This document shows, piece by piece, positions 1 to 11,940 of a stretch of DNA of 64,000 nt (the stretch's first letter is position 1; each line of letters starts with the position of its first letter). The notes under the pieces were generated by a model. That model was given only the letters and a program-made list of their open reading frames with translations, did no database searches and was not told the DNA's origin. The DNA is from Octopus vulgaris. Lineage: Eukaryota. The position numbers and the translations under genes were made by a program. Location of the stretch: assembly GCA_951406725.2 (NCBI GenBank), contig OX597824.1, forward strand, positions 48,174,001 to 48,238,000. Direction: 5' to 3'.

Positions 1-611
1 TACTAACATGCTCTCTTATCATCAATCATATTTTCTGTAATTCCATCATTCTATTTATGCTGCTTTTTTTTCTATTTATTCTCCACACTAATAACCTATA
101 CATAGTTATTACTAGTTCTTTTCTATTACTCACTCCTCTAACATCTCACTCCTATCACTGTTTTCTTCCTCACTCACTCTTCCCTTCCTTCTCTACTTTC
201 ACTGTCTTGGCTATGTTTACCTTGGAAGGTAGACAATAGAGTAGAGAGAAATCTTTAGTTCTACAGGAGACAAAGGAACCTCTCTAGTGCTGGTGCCATA
301 AAAAAAATGCAGCCAATACCTCTCAGTAAGTGGCTGATAAATGAACAGAGACAGTAATAAGTAAAAAAGGGACTCTTTAATCTTGTCATGAACATGACAA
401 CTTCTCTTGCACTGGTGACAATGAAATGCATCCAGAACAGCCTGTTGGTTATGTTAGGAAGGGTGTTGAGCCTTTGAAACAATGTCAAAAGCAGAACATG
501 ACTAAGACATGATTTATTGACCAGTCTAGGAAGGCAATAACCCTAAATAAGAACTGCCTAGAAGCACATGGCATGTGCATCCAGTATGGAAAGAGGACAT
601 TCACACGTAGC

Positions 612-814
612 TGTATCCTGCCCAAATATTCTACGTGTATTATGTTCAAACTGGCCAGATTTGGCCTCTCATATCTATCTTACAATGTCATTCTAAAAAT
701 AAACAATCACATCATCACAATCTTGAAGCTTCAAGATAATGCATAATTAATTCGAAAGAACGTGAATGAAAAAGTGTTACATTTGACAGAATAATCTGAA
801 TGCTAAAGGGTTAG
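612..814 (+). mobile_element. TTAA-type (piggyBac-like) MITE family 1, 5'-degenerate copy
   Basis: Body ...ATATTCTAC..TTATGTTCAAACTGGCCAGAT...TACAATGTCATTCTAAAAAT... ending AATCTGAATGCTAAAGGGTTAG; same sequence as copies at 4244, 25719 and 27440. Confidence 0.75.
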
Positions 815-2186
815 ATGATAATGAATTAAGCTCCTTAACAGCCAATGTGGAATACTGAACAATGTTGAAGTAAATGTCTTCTACACAAGCACCTTTATTG
901 CTAGACAGAAGGACCATTAAATGCCTAAAGTATCATTGTTTGGAACAATACTAGCTACTGGATTTGATTTGTTAATTCTTTTGAATTCACAATCTGCTTA
1001 ATCTCAAAGACAAGTAGTAGCAATTCATCTCTACTTTTGAAAAGCACCCAATACCAATTTCAGACACATAAGCAAAGCCTCAAGTGAAGTTCATTGCCTA
1101 CAAGACTAAAGGTAAAAAGATTCAAATAAGAGATAAGTTGATAAATCTGGTAACTCACCAAAGCAATTTTAATGCAATCTTATCTGGAAAAAAAAAAACA
1201 AAACTATGATAGAAAGAGAGGGCAAGAGTATAAAGTATAAAAAGCAATATGTTTCAAAAGCTCACAGTTTAGAGGTAAAATGCATCTTTTATAGAAACCA
1301 TTAAGAATTTCTTTAAATCGATAACCTACATCACAAAGAGAAAAAGCAACCTCCAAAAATTTTAAATATATTTTATCACATATTTCATTGTTGTTTAAAG
1401 TGAATATTATGACTGTGTTCCAATAAATAACTACTAGAAGTTTTGGTTAAACAGTCTGTAAATAACTGTAAAGTGTGTTTTCAAACACAGTTTTTTGTTT
1501 TCCTACTGGGTTTATGGAAAACAACAGGTCACATGAGAATACATATATGCTCTGGCCTGTTCATCATGATGATGAACTACTTTTTCTATCTACTTCTGCA
1601 GTCTTTCCATTATAGCTAAGATGGAATTAATTTGTCTTTTTTTTTTCTCTTGTCTTCATCTATCTTCTTGTAGACAATATTTAGGTAATCAGAATGCAAA
1701 TGAATGGCTATGATGCCAACAAAATTCCTTACACATTGGTCTATTTCTTTGTTGTCACTAAAGTTTGACTTACAACAAATATGGTCAACTATAAGTTTAT
1801 ACAACTATAGTAAGTACTAGTCAAGTATAGTATTATAATGAACTGTTAGTCACTTGCTATATTACGTCATACAACATATATAAATATCCATTTATAAATA
1901 TTGTAAAACCAGTTTAGTACATTTTCTTTCTGGAGATGGTCTTATAAATAAACTTTTGGTATGAACTGTAGTTGTAAGTAGGGTTATGGAATTGGCAAAC
2001 AAAACCTTGGCCTTTAACTCATCAATTTATGGTGCCATTGAATCCTCTATTTGTAATTAGACTAATCATATTTCTTATATTGATTAAAACCACAAAACAT
2101 ACATAACCAATATGAATAATCAGACAATGTTTTAGCACCACTAACTTGTCTGGGTTAAATGAAAATAACAATACTGAGTGTTTTTT

Positions 2187-2390
2187 TTTTAACCTGCCTG
2201 AGACCATTCCAAGTTCTATAAACTTACTGTTTTAAAGTGGTCTAAATCATAATCTTCCATCAAAATTTTATGCTAAGTTATTCCTGATCCCAGCTTAATG
2301 AAGTTAATTTACTAAATTCTTCATTATTTAAAAAATTATTTGAAATAAAGGCAGTTTATAATAACAGAAGTATGGTTACACAGTGTTAGT
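2187..2390 (+). mobile_element. TTAA-type MITE family 2, old copy
   Basis: AATCTTCCATCAAAATTT...ACTAAATTCTTCATTATTT shared with 14950, 20200, 28801 and (reverse) 27211 and 29891. Confidence 0.6.
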
Positions 2391-4243
2391 TATGTTTATT
2401 AAGGAATTTACAAACAATTTATCCCTACTAAATTTATGAAAGAAACATTGTATCTATAAAATAAGAGTTAAACCATGAGTCCAAATCCAAGCTTTATTAA
2501 TTTTGTTCTAAGAAAGAAATTTGCTTTTACTAGATATTCCTTGGTAGAAACCCTTAAATCTGATTGGACTATTTTCAGTGTAGAAAACAGTCAAATTAAT
2601 ATTTGTGAAGAGGAAATTTTAACACATTGTATAACAATTTATATTTAGTCCACAGCCAGTTAACTTTTTTTTATCAACTACCACTCTACTAACTTCGGTT
2701 TTAAGTCCAACGTTCAGCCTGTTTCATAGATCCAACCTTTATCAATCATAGAGCTAGAGTAATAATCCACAGTCAGTTCCTTAATGTGTGTAACTTAAAA
2801 ACTTAGAATGTTTAATATTTTCAGCATTTTAGTATGAACTTTTGTTTATATGGTTAGAAAATGAATTTTCAGACAAATATTAGACCCAAGTAATGATGGA
2901 AATCTATTACCAAGTTAATTTGTATTACTAAAATCACTTTAGTTGACAATACTGTACAGTATGTCCTTATTTGGAAAATATGAAATAAATATGTATATAG
3001 ATTACACAAAGTTGAAATGCTGCTCTTTCCCCTATACACAGAAAAATCATCAACATACAGAGATCCTTGAGCTTATTTCCTAAAGCCTAGGACATAATGT
3101 TTATATTTTTAGGCCAAATAAGGTATATTCCAAAATAGGAGTCAATTTAGATCAGGATGACATCAACTGGTAAATAGTAGCAATAGCATAGGAAAGTATT
3201 TATAGCAGCAACAGCAGGTAGTAATTTTAGCATCTATTGTTTGTTGAATACAGTATTATATACATAAAATTATTACATTCCCCTCCCCACAACAAAAATA
3301 TAAAACAACATAGTACATTATTACTGCCAGATCAATATCTTTCAATAGATATTTTAAAGTGAGTAGAGTGATGGAGTATAAAGTTCACAAGGAGTTCATT
3401 AGTAATGTTTGTTTGGGTGGTTGTGTAGGTGCTTTGCCAAGAGCCAGGGTAGATAAGTCAATGTGATTTTTAGGAATATTGGTATTTTAGTTGGAGCACA
3501 CTTATATCTATCTTCAGTTTTATATCTCCTGATGGAGTTCATTCCCTAACTGCTATGGTATGTTCTTAAACATTGAGAAAACAAATGTCAGCATTTGGGG
3601 CATTTGATTGCAATAGTTCAACTTCTTTGACTAAATGTTCATCCCTTAGAGATGTACCCCCTTAACAGATTCTTTCTACCTTAGGAAAGTCAGGTTGACT
3701 TACTCATCACTGCAACAGTTTCAGAGGAAAATTGAAGATATGTTCAAACAGTGTTGAGTTTGAAGGGTCACATAAAGTGTAAGGCATCCTATGTTGTGGT
3801 AGTAGGAGCAAAAGTAAATTTTTAAATAGATCCTAGGGCTCATGTCATGGTTTCCCGGATGGCAACAATATAACACTCATATCATCCACTTCCTAAAAGG
3901 TGTTATGAAAGCAATACAGATGTACCTGGAAGTTTATATCTACTATTATTCGGGGTCTTATTAAATTTCAAAACAACTTTTAATTTAGATATATTTTTCT
4001 CATGCTTCTCTTTGATTAAACCAGTTATGGTGACATCTTAAATAGGCATATATACCTACCAGCTCATTTTGAGGGGAAATGGAATTTGAAAAAAATCTCA
4101 TACAATGTCATTAGTTCCTTTAAAGTGTAACTCTGGAAAGATGAATAGAAAATACTTAAAAACATGTGTGAAGGTTGAAGAGCTGTTGAACTACAAGTTT
4201 TTCAGATTGTGGCCTACATTTCATACTAATTTTAGTAAATAAA

Positions 4244-4467
4244 CCATCTAACATTTAAACCAGCCATATCCAGCTCAAATATTCTACCTGTTTTATGTTG
4301 AAAGTGGCCAAATCCAGTCTCTCACACCCACCCTACAATGTTATTTTAAAAATAAACACTCACATCTTCAAAACCTTGAAGCTACAAAGTACTATGTGGT
4401 TAATTTTTTAAAATGTGGATAAATAAGCATTAGATTTGATAAATTAATCTGAATGCTAAAGGGTTAA
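4244..4467 (+). mobile_element. TTAA-type MITE family 1 inserted in the LTR element
   Basis: Body as other copies; right end AATGCTAAAGGG-TTAA. Confidence 0.8.
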
Positions 4468-4535
4468 ATTGAAGAAAGAATAATCCAAAAGGAAAGTCAA
4501 TTAAAATAAGGCTTTAATTTCCACTCTGCTGTTAA

Positions 4536-4568
4536 ACTGAAAAGTGGTGGTTTACAAGGGTATTTATA
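4536..4568 (-). promoter_or_regulatory. TATA box plus initiator within the putative 5' LTR
   Basis: Minus strand TATAAATA starts at 4568, exactly 30 nt before the A (4538) of TCAGTT; ATTAAA follows shortly downstream. Confidence 0.45.
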
Positions 4569-5134
4569 GCAGCAGTAGCAGATAGTAAATACAGCATCTG
4601 ATAAAGCTTCAACCATTTCTATTACATAACAGACTTATTTACATAAAATTACAAGTCTATCTCATATCCAGCTCAAGGGAATTATACAAATGAGTATTTA
4701 GTTTTACAATAAAAATTTTGTCTCAAAAACATTGATATGAAATTTAGCATGTTGCCTTTCTTCAACAACTTATACAAGCTGTCTCATATCTAGCTTGTAA
4801 TGCTTGTTCAGTCATGCTGAGATATGGCCAAGGGTCCCATTTATTTGCCTTTGGGTATACTGTTGTTCTACTATATCATAACAATAATCATTGGGGATAA
4901 AAATGATGAATTAAGTAAGCACTGTAGGAAATATTACTTGTTCTTTCCACAGAACACCAGAAATGTTAGTCTAAGCTGATAGCTAGATAAAACTCAGATT
5001 ATATTACTCATGTTCTCAGGAAAAGTATGAACATTGCAACATAACATTTTAACTCCATGAAAAATTGCAAACTCTCTTGGCTGCTGAAAAATAACAGCAA
5101 ACAAAATATTCTTGCATGACAAAATTTTTCTTTT

Positions 5135-5433
5135 TAGGAGTTCCCAACCATTTTTTATCTATGCACCCCTTTGATTGTTATTTTATTCTGGTGGCCCCGC
5201 CTCACTAGCTATTCAATGCTTAAAAAGTAGTTTTATAGAAACTTCTTTCAAAATTCCTATTTTGCTTTTCAAGAAGAAACATGTTTCTTGCAATACATAC
5301 ATCTAAAGCAAAATTTCTTCAGGGGCACCTTAAAATAATATTGTAGATCCGCAGTTTACTATTTTGTTGAGTGGACCCCCCAAAATCTTATATGGACCTT
5401 AGGGGCCACATAGACTCTGGTTGAGAACCACTG
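5135..5433. mobile_element. hAT (Charlie-like) non-autonomous MITE
   Basis: Ends TAGGAGTTCCCAACC ... GGTTGAGAACCACTG, matching the CAG(G/T)GGTTCTCAACC type of TIR; subterminal GGACCCC motifs; TSD not recognisable. Confidence 0.7.
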
Positions 5434-6894
5434 ATTTAATACAAATATTACTAAATATTTTTAATTGGGTTCACTAGTAAGTTTCAGTGAATTTATTTTT
5501 TGTTAAGAACTTTCTTCCTTTTGTATAAAAATAAAGGTAACTAGCCACTGAAGTCAAAATCGTGTCATATATTGAAAATAAATCAGCTCAAAAGTAATAA
5601 AATAAATGTAATTTTAGTATTTAACAATACTTTATTGTGGATTTATATGAAAAAAAAAAAAGTATGAAAAATCTTCAGGAGTCAGCTGTACCAGAAATAT
5701 AACAGAATTTCTCATGGCAAGGTATTATTGGAAAAGTAATTTAATATGGTACATAAAACAACACCTATAAGGAAATTCACAAACTTTCTGATATTATACA
5801 GAATGTTTCATTTTGATATACGCTATAACTTGGTGTATTCAATTATAAATAAAAATAACTGCACTCAGGGCAGAAGCCATGTGATTTGAGAAACTACTTT
5901 TATTGGACCTAGAAGGTTCTCTGAGCCAATTTTTTATGCAGGTAGTTACCATGATTACCAAAATGGAACATTACAAATAATATTTTTACTTTGGCGTATA
6001 AATAACACATGACACTGTCTATTAGTACAATTTGCCAAATTAACAGAGGAGGGAGAGAGAGAGAAAGAAAGAGAAGTTATTTGGATATCAACACCATCAG
6101 CCTTTTAATTGTTGATTTTTAAAAACTTGTATGGTTACATGGATCTTCATTAGTGTTTCTATTAGTTACCTTTTGCAAATTCCTCAAGAGCAACTATTTT
6201 ATTTCAACCCTTACCAGCTTCCAATTAGCCTATAGCCAGCATCATATTCATATTAGATCTCCAAGCAACCTATCAGTTTTCTCACCATCTTATACCTAAC
6301 ATATCACCAACGAATGTTAATTTACTCCAAATTCTTTTACATATCAAGTCATGCTCCACTCAGTTTTATCTAGCTACTGTCAATATCTCACACTCACACC
6401 CATACAGCATCATATTTTTACCTACATCCTACCTTTTTAAGCAAAAAAAAGAAAAAGAAAAAGCAGCCATTGCTAGTTTTAAAAGGCAGCAATTCCTTAA
6501 TCTATTTCTAATCCCTTTACATTGCAGATAGACTAATAGTTCCGTCTCCAGTACTGATTGCGTTGTCAAAGTAGCAATGTAAATAGTAATTTAAAGTACC
6601 AATAGCTGTTCAAATGGCTATAAAAAAAAGCTACTAACTTCAATTGTATGCACAAACACACATACTGATTTAAAGAGCATAACAAAAACAATTTGTTTTA
6701 TTTAAAAATCATAAATAGCAATTTTAGTTCTAAAGACATTTTCATCAATGAAGTTACATCTAAAAACCTAGAAATAGCTGGAAATAATTTTCAAAATGAC
6801 ATAAATCAGAGATTGATTAAAAATACAGATGACAGCTTTGAGAGCTTAGTTCAAATTTTGGTCTCTGTTCTTAGCTGAGGTTATCTTAGAATTC

Positions 6895-7322
6895 CTCATC
6901 TTCATTGTTTTAACTTTCCCATATTTGCATGGATTAGATAGAATTCACTGAGGCATATTTTATACAGCCTGTTGCTGACCCTAACCCGTTTTCTAGCAGT
7001 GTAATATCTCTTCACAATTGGAGATGTTTTCATAGATGATTGGGAATGAATGATACTGCTTGTATGACAGTGATGCTCATCTGCAACACCATGTGATGCC
7101 AAGACGAAGAGACACAAACAAACACACTTGATAGTATGTGGTAGTGTGTCTGCACACACACACAACAGGCTTTATTCAGTTTCCATTTACCAAATCTACT
7201 GACAAGGCTGTTGTAGGCTTAGAGGTAAAGTAGAAGACTTTAGCCCAAGGTGTCATGTAGTGGGACTGAACCTGATATCAAATAGTTGGGAAGCGGATGT
7301 CTTAACTCTATGGCTACGCAGG
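6895..7322 (-). mobile_element. tRNA-derived SINE (family A head) with RTE-like 3' tail
   Basis: Head/core ...GGTTCAGTCCCACT...GTAGATTTGGTAAATGGAAACTGAA; tail ...CCATGCAAATATGGGAAAGTTAAAACAATGA on the minus strand. Confidence 0.65.
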
Positions 7323-7679
7323 GAAGTGATGACAACAAGGCCCCATTCAAAAGTTCATCTATTATCTCACTTCACATATAATACAAGAAATATGACATCA
7401 TTTTAGTAACCATTTTCTATGCTAAAGCACCATATCACTATTATTTCAAGCTTGAGTCACATCACCTTTAAAATCTAAACTTCTGAGATCAGATATCTCT
7501 TTCTTTCTGGATATGCCTTTCTTGTTATTTTGAGAACATTTGGTGGAGGTGCTTTTCTACAGCAAGTAGAAGAAATTCACCACCACAAAGATGAAATGAA
7601 TGATTACAGATAAAGAACACATCACATATCTTTTTTTTTCTACTAAGATAAAAGACAAGAAATAATAATAATAATAATT

Positions 7680-7893
7680 AGCCTTTCTACTATAGGCACA
7701 AGGCCTGAAATTTTGGAGGAGGGGTCTAGGTGATTACATCAATCCCAGTGCATAACTGGTACTTAATTTAACAAGCCCAAGAGGATGAAAGGTAAAGTTG
7801 ACCCTGGCGGCATTTGAACTCAGAATGTAAAGACGGATGAAATACTGCTAAGCATTTTGCCAGCATGCTAATGATTCTACCAGCTCGCTACCT
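7680..7893 (-). mobile_element. Nin/Deu-domain SINE (family B)
   Basis: Minus strand GAGCTGGTAGAATCATTAGC...TTCTGAGTTCAAATG...CCTTTCATCC...TAAGTACCAG...GGCCTTGTGCCTATAGTAGAAAGG plus (ATT)n tail. Confidence 0.85.
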
Positions 7894-8460
7894 TAAATAA
7901 TAACAACAACAACAACAATAGTCATTACAGATGCTTGGGAAAAGAATATCACGACGTCACTGATTTAGAGTGGTAAGAACCTCTAAAAAAGACTGAAGGA
8001 TATTTTGTTGCTATGGCATCTTCTAGGTATTCAAGCATATTTTTCAAGTAGTAATTATATATCCATTACCTGTCTTGTTTAATTATGTTTACCTTTAGAT
8101 ATATGGTAATAGTTGATGTTTTCAATGCCAACTGGCAATAAATGGTCCAATAAATTGTAGATATGTAACACAAAAGGAAAATGTTAGGTACTTTAAAATA
8201 AACAACATAAAAGAAAGATAAAAATATATGACTTAGCAGCAGAAGCTTAAAGGATATTTGTAGAAAATATACAAAGAAGGAGAGTAGATAACATAAGACT
8301 TTGGAAAGCTCAGCATACAACAAAACCTAATCCTTGTTACTTCATAAAACAAAACATAAGGTGTGGATGTGTGGTAAAAAGTTTGCTTCCAACGACATGG
8401 TTCCAGGTTCAGTTTCACTGTGTGGCAGCTAGGGCAAATGTTTACTACAGTCTCCACTAG

Positions 8461-9100
8461 ATGTGTAATATCAGTGTGCGTACACGGCAGAGAGTAAGTA
8501 TCCTGAGAGAAAAGTTGGACATAAGAAGCAGCAGGTGTGGTGTGCAAGAGAGATGACTGTGCTGGTATGGTCATGTGATGTGTATGGATTAGGACAGCTG
8601 TGTGAAGAAGTGTCACACCCTAGCAGTTGAAGGAACCTGCAGAAGAGATCGACCCAGGAAAACATGGGATGAGGTGGTGAAGCATGACTGAGACCTTTGG
8701 AGATATGCTGTGCTTCAGAAGACATGGCAAACCAAGTGAGATTATAGTCGTGGCCGATGCCAGTGCCGCTTGACTGGCACCCATGCTGGTGGCATGTAAA
8801 AAACACCATTTAAGCATGGCTGATGCCAGTGGCACCTCACTGGCACCTGATGCCAGTGCCGCAAAATGCACCATTTGAGCATGACCAATGCCAGTGCTGT
8901 CCAACTGGCTCCTGTGCCAGTGGAATGTAAAAAGCACCCACTACACTCACAAAGTGGTTGGCATTAGGAAGGGCATCCAGCTGTAGACACCTTGTCAAAT
9001 CAGATTGGAGCTTGGTGCAGCCTCTCAGCCTACCAGTTCTCAGTCAAACCATCCAACCCATGCCAGCATGGAAAACAGACGCTAAACAGTGATGATGATG
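8461..9100 (+). mobile_element. RTE-clade LINE, 5'-truncated 3' end (C-terminal ORF relic plus 3' UTR)
   Basis: Frame from 8461 reads MCNISVRTRQRVSILREKLDI...R*LCWYGHVMCMD*DSCVKKC...GTCRRDRPRKTWDEVVKHD (RTE C-terminal LRW.GHV.R and GRP.K.W motifs); ends in a (GAT)n tail. Confidence 0.85.
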
Positions 9101-9128
9101 GGGGTGGTGCTCTAACATGGCTGCAGAG

Positions 9129-9226
9129 AAATTAATAATGTATAAATTATAATTTATGAAGAACTCTCACAGATTCTTTAAAATTTAATTTAACTGTCAG
9201 GCTTATGATTAAATAAAACAAAAAGA
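9129..9226. repeat. Duplicated segment, copy 1 (63-bp block inverted relative to copy 2)
   Basis: 9129-9191 is the near-exact reverse complement of 9895-9957; 9192 onward is a direct repeat of 9958 onward. Confidence 0.9.
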
Positions 9227-9894
9227 AATAAGTAAAAGATATCGTATAAGGGATTTTGTATATTAAGAAAACTGGCCAGATTTACTTCACAACCAGGTGG
9301 ATCTACATTTGATTCCATGGCACTAGAGTGTATTCTGCTAGAACGTTAGGTTGACCAATACCTTATGAGTGTAATTTAGTAGACGTAAACTATGAAGAAG
9401 GACGTCATACGTGTGTGTGTGTGTGTATATACATATAAAGAGTGGGGGGGAATAGATGTGTGTGCGTATATGAGTCTATGTCTGTGTTTATGTAACTACT
9501 AGTGTAATTGCACAAAGCTTAACTCAGTGATTCAACCAATATAGAGCAACAAAATAGTTATCAAACTAAAAGTAATAAGGTCTAGCACTGTTGTAATAGA
9601 CTGCCTTTGAACGTGGCAACATCCTAACATGGACAGAGTCCAATGGCTGAAGCTAGGAAAAAGCAAAAATTAAAGAAAATGAAAAATTGATGAATATTTT
9701 TAACTGCTTCCAACTGTAAAACAACACTTGCAATCAGTTTAAGTGAACTAATTAATCATACGATAAATTATTAAACCATATTATTTTTGTTTTTGAATAT
9801 TTGATTCTAAATCAAACTCTTTGCAGATCAAAAGTGTACAGAAAATGATTTTAATATAGGAATAGGCCTTGAGTTTAATAAATTAAACACTGAG

Positions 9895-9994
9895 AAATTA
9901 AATTTTAAAGAATCTGTGAGAATCGTTCATAAATTATAATTTATACATTATTAATTTAACTGTCAGGCTTATGATTAAATGAAAACAAAAAGAA
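9895..9994. repeat. Duplicated segment, copy 2
   Basis: See copy 1; shared direct part AACTGTCAGGCTTATGATTAAAT. Confidence 0.9.
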
Positions 9995-11341
9995 TCATAA
10001 ATTCTTCATCAGTGTGCAAGATTATTAAAGTTTATGAAATTTTTTGCTATCATTTGGCTCTGTACCATGGACAACAAACACAGATTTACTGCTAACACAA
10101 ACCTATTTCAAAAAGAGTACCATGTAACCTGAAGATAATAAATTTCATACATTATGCAACTATTATAGAATTATCCAAATAATATAACGCTTGAGAATTC
10201 ACTATAAAACTATAATTGTTATAGAATAGAAAATGTTACTGCTGCTATGTATAAAAAGTTAATGAGATAAAGCAATTATTAAAAAAATGTTTTGGTGATA
10301 ACTGCTCAAACGAAGTTGCAAATTAAGATTAAATTCCTGATTGGAATCATTCCATGTAACAACATTGCAGACTAAAAATAAGACAACTTCATACTTAAAA
10401 AAAAAGAGAAGCAAACTAAATAAATACAATTTAAGCATTCTAGTGATTGGTGGTGATAATGGTGAAGAGATTAAATATGCTGAGTAATTAAAAACTGAAA
10501 AATGAAACATGAATCAATACAGAAACTTTTCAGTTTAGAATTTGATCTTGAAGGCTAAGCATGAAAATGTAAAACTCAAAGTTTTTTTCACTGAATAGAA
10601 GGGAAGTTGGAAGTTGATGCTATGTGTTCAGTGTAAGGAATAGATACTCAAAAGGTGCAGTAGGATCTTTGGTAGGCTGACAGAAACATTATTTACAGAT
10701 ATTATAATATGCAAAGTGATCATTGTATAGTCACCTCTCTACTTGGCACAACACACTCTTTTCAAATTCGAGAAGTCTACAAGAAGTCCATCTCATTCAT
10801 ACACAATAATTTAAGATGAAAGGCAGCTGCAAATGCCCGAGGGAGATTGACTGACCAGAGTTATGAATGATTCCTAGCAATCCCTTGCAACTAAGACAAA
10901 CACCTGGGAAGTGGTCCACCACATCTTAGGAAATATTCTAGCTTAGTGGCATTTTGTTATTCTGTAAAAGAACCCTTGCACTGTCACTCAATCAAAGAAA
11001 CTTTAATAACTGTACTTGAAAATGTTAGATTGTCACTTCGGTTGTATACACACACACTCACACACATGTATGCATGTACACACACATTGTAAGGCATGAA
11101 ATAGCGTTTGACCCTCTGACCGATAACTAACAAGGAGTTGGCGACCTTCTGTGTCTGTTTTCCATTTGCGCACTTATATGATTTATGAACTTATATGTTT
11201 ATTTTGCTTAGATATAGTGATATAATCTGGTGTTAGAATTCAATAAACATATGCTTCAGAATAAAGCATTAGTTGAGTATAGAGCCTAACTTGAAATTAG
11301 ATAAATGACAAGATACAAAGAAATTATGTAATGAACTCCAT

Positions 11342-11424
11342 AAGCTTACAGCTGTTTCAGCTATAAAATGCAGTGCATTCAAAGATGAGTACATGTGCAT
11401 CATCTTATAGCTTCCTTGGAGCTC
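11342..11424 (-). ncRNA. Type-I minimal hammerhead ribozyme motif (PLE-type; core G5>A, probably inactive)
   Basis: Minus strand: stem I AGCT, core CCAAGGA, 12-bp stem II AGCTATAAGATG/CATTTTATAGCT, GAAAC-AGCT-GUA, stem I AGCT. Confidence 0.7.
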
Positions 11425-11500
11425 CAAGGAAGGTATAAGGAAATGAATAAGTGCTCTGCTCTGAGTGCACTGCATCTTCTAGCAGAAACAGCAGTAAGCT
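11420..11500 (+). ncRNA. Second, more decayed hammerhead motif in the right arm of the palindrome
   Basis: AGCT, CCAAGGA, poorly paired stem II, GAAAC-AGCA-GUA, AGCT. Confidence 0.5.
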
Positions 11501-11574
11501 ACTGAAGTTCATTACATAATTTCCTCTTCCCTTGTCATTTATTTAATTTTGTGTGTGTGTGTGTATGTGTGTGA

Positions 11575-11940
11575 GCATGTGCGGCAGTGTAGTAAAGAAA
11601 CTTGTTTTCCAACCATGTGATCTCAGGTTCAGTTCAAGTGTCTTGTATTATAGCCCTGAGCCAACCAAAGCCTTATGAGTGCGTTAGTGGGTTTGGTAGA
11701 TGGAGGTTGAAAGAAACCTGTCATAAATATATATCTATAAATGAATGTGTGTACTCTTGACATCACATGATACTTGTAAAATATGTAGTGTCGCACAAGC
11801 AAATTCATTTGTTTCCAGTCTTCCGTGAAAAACATGTCGAGCCATGGGAAATATTACATTGTTTGGAAATAAGTGATGGTTGGTATCATCCACTTGTAAA
11901 AAATTTGTTTCAGCTAAAAAGTAACCATTAAATGATGATG
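11575..11940 (+). mobile_element. tRNA-derived SINE (family A head) with RTE-like tail
   Basis: Head GGCAGTGTAGTAAAGAAACTTG...CAGGTTCAGTTC; core TTTGGTAGATGGAGGTTGAAAGAA; tail ending TTAAATGATGATG. Confidence 0.65.

Larger units (their letters stand above)
3090..4653 (-). mobile_element. Degenerate, internally deleted LTR retroelement (Gypsy-like) with two diverged LTRs
   Basis: Two diverged direct repeats starting TGTAA on the minus strand (at 4653 and 3277), both with CTATAAATAC and AATTGACT..TTTTGGA; polypurine tract GGGGAGGGGAA (3288-3278) abuts the downstream TGTAA; weak gag-like remnant between; left end uncertain. Confidence 0.6.
11320..11523. repeat. 204-bp imperfect zero-loop palindrome (foldback)
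   Basis: Outer 18 bp GAAATTATGTAATGAACT/AGTTCATTACATAATTTC pair perfectly; centre CTTCCTTGGAG|CTCCAAGGAAG at 11421/11422; arms of equal length. Confidence 0.95.

Noticed and set aside
8750-8940. Repeated GATGCCAGTG(C/G)C units that look like an array
   Set aside because: Internal repeats of the RTE 3' UTR with irregular spacing in a eukaryotic context; not CRISPR.
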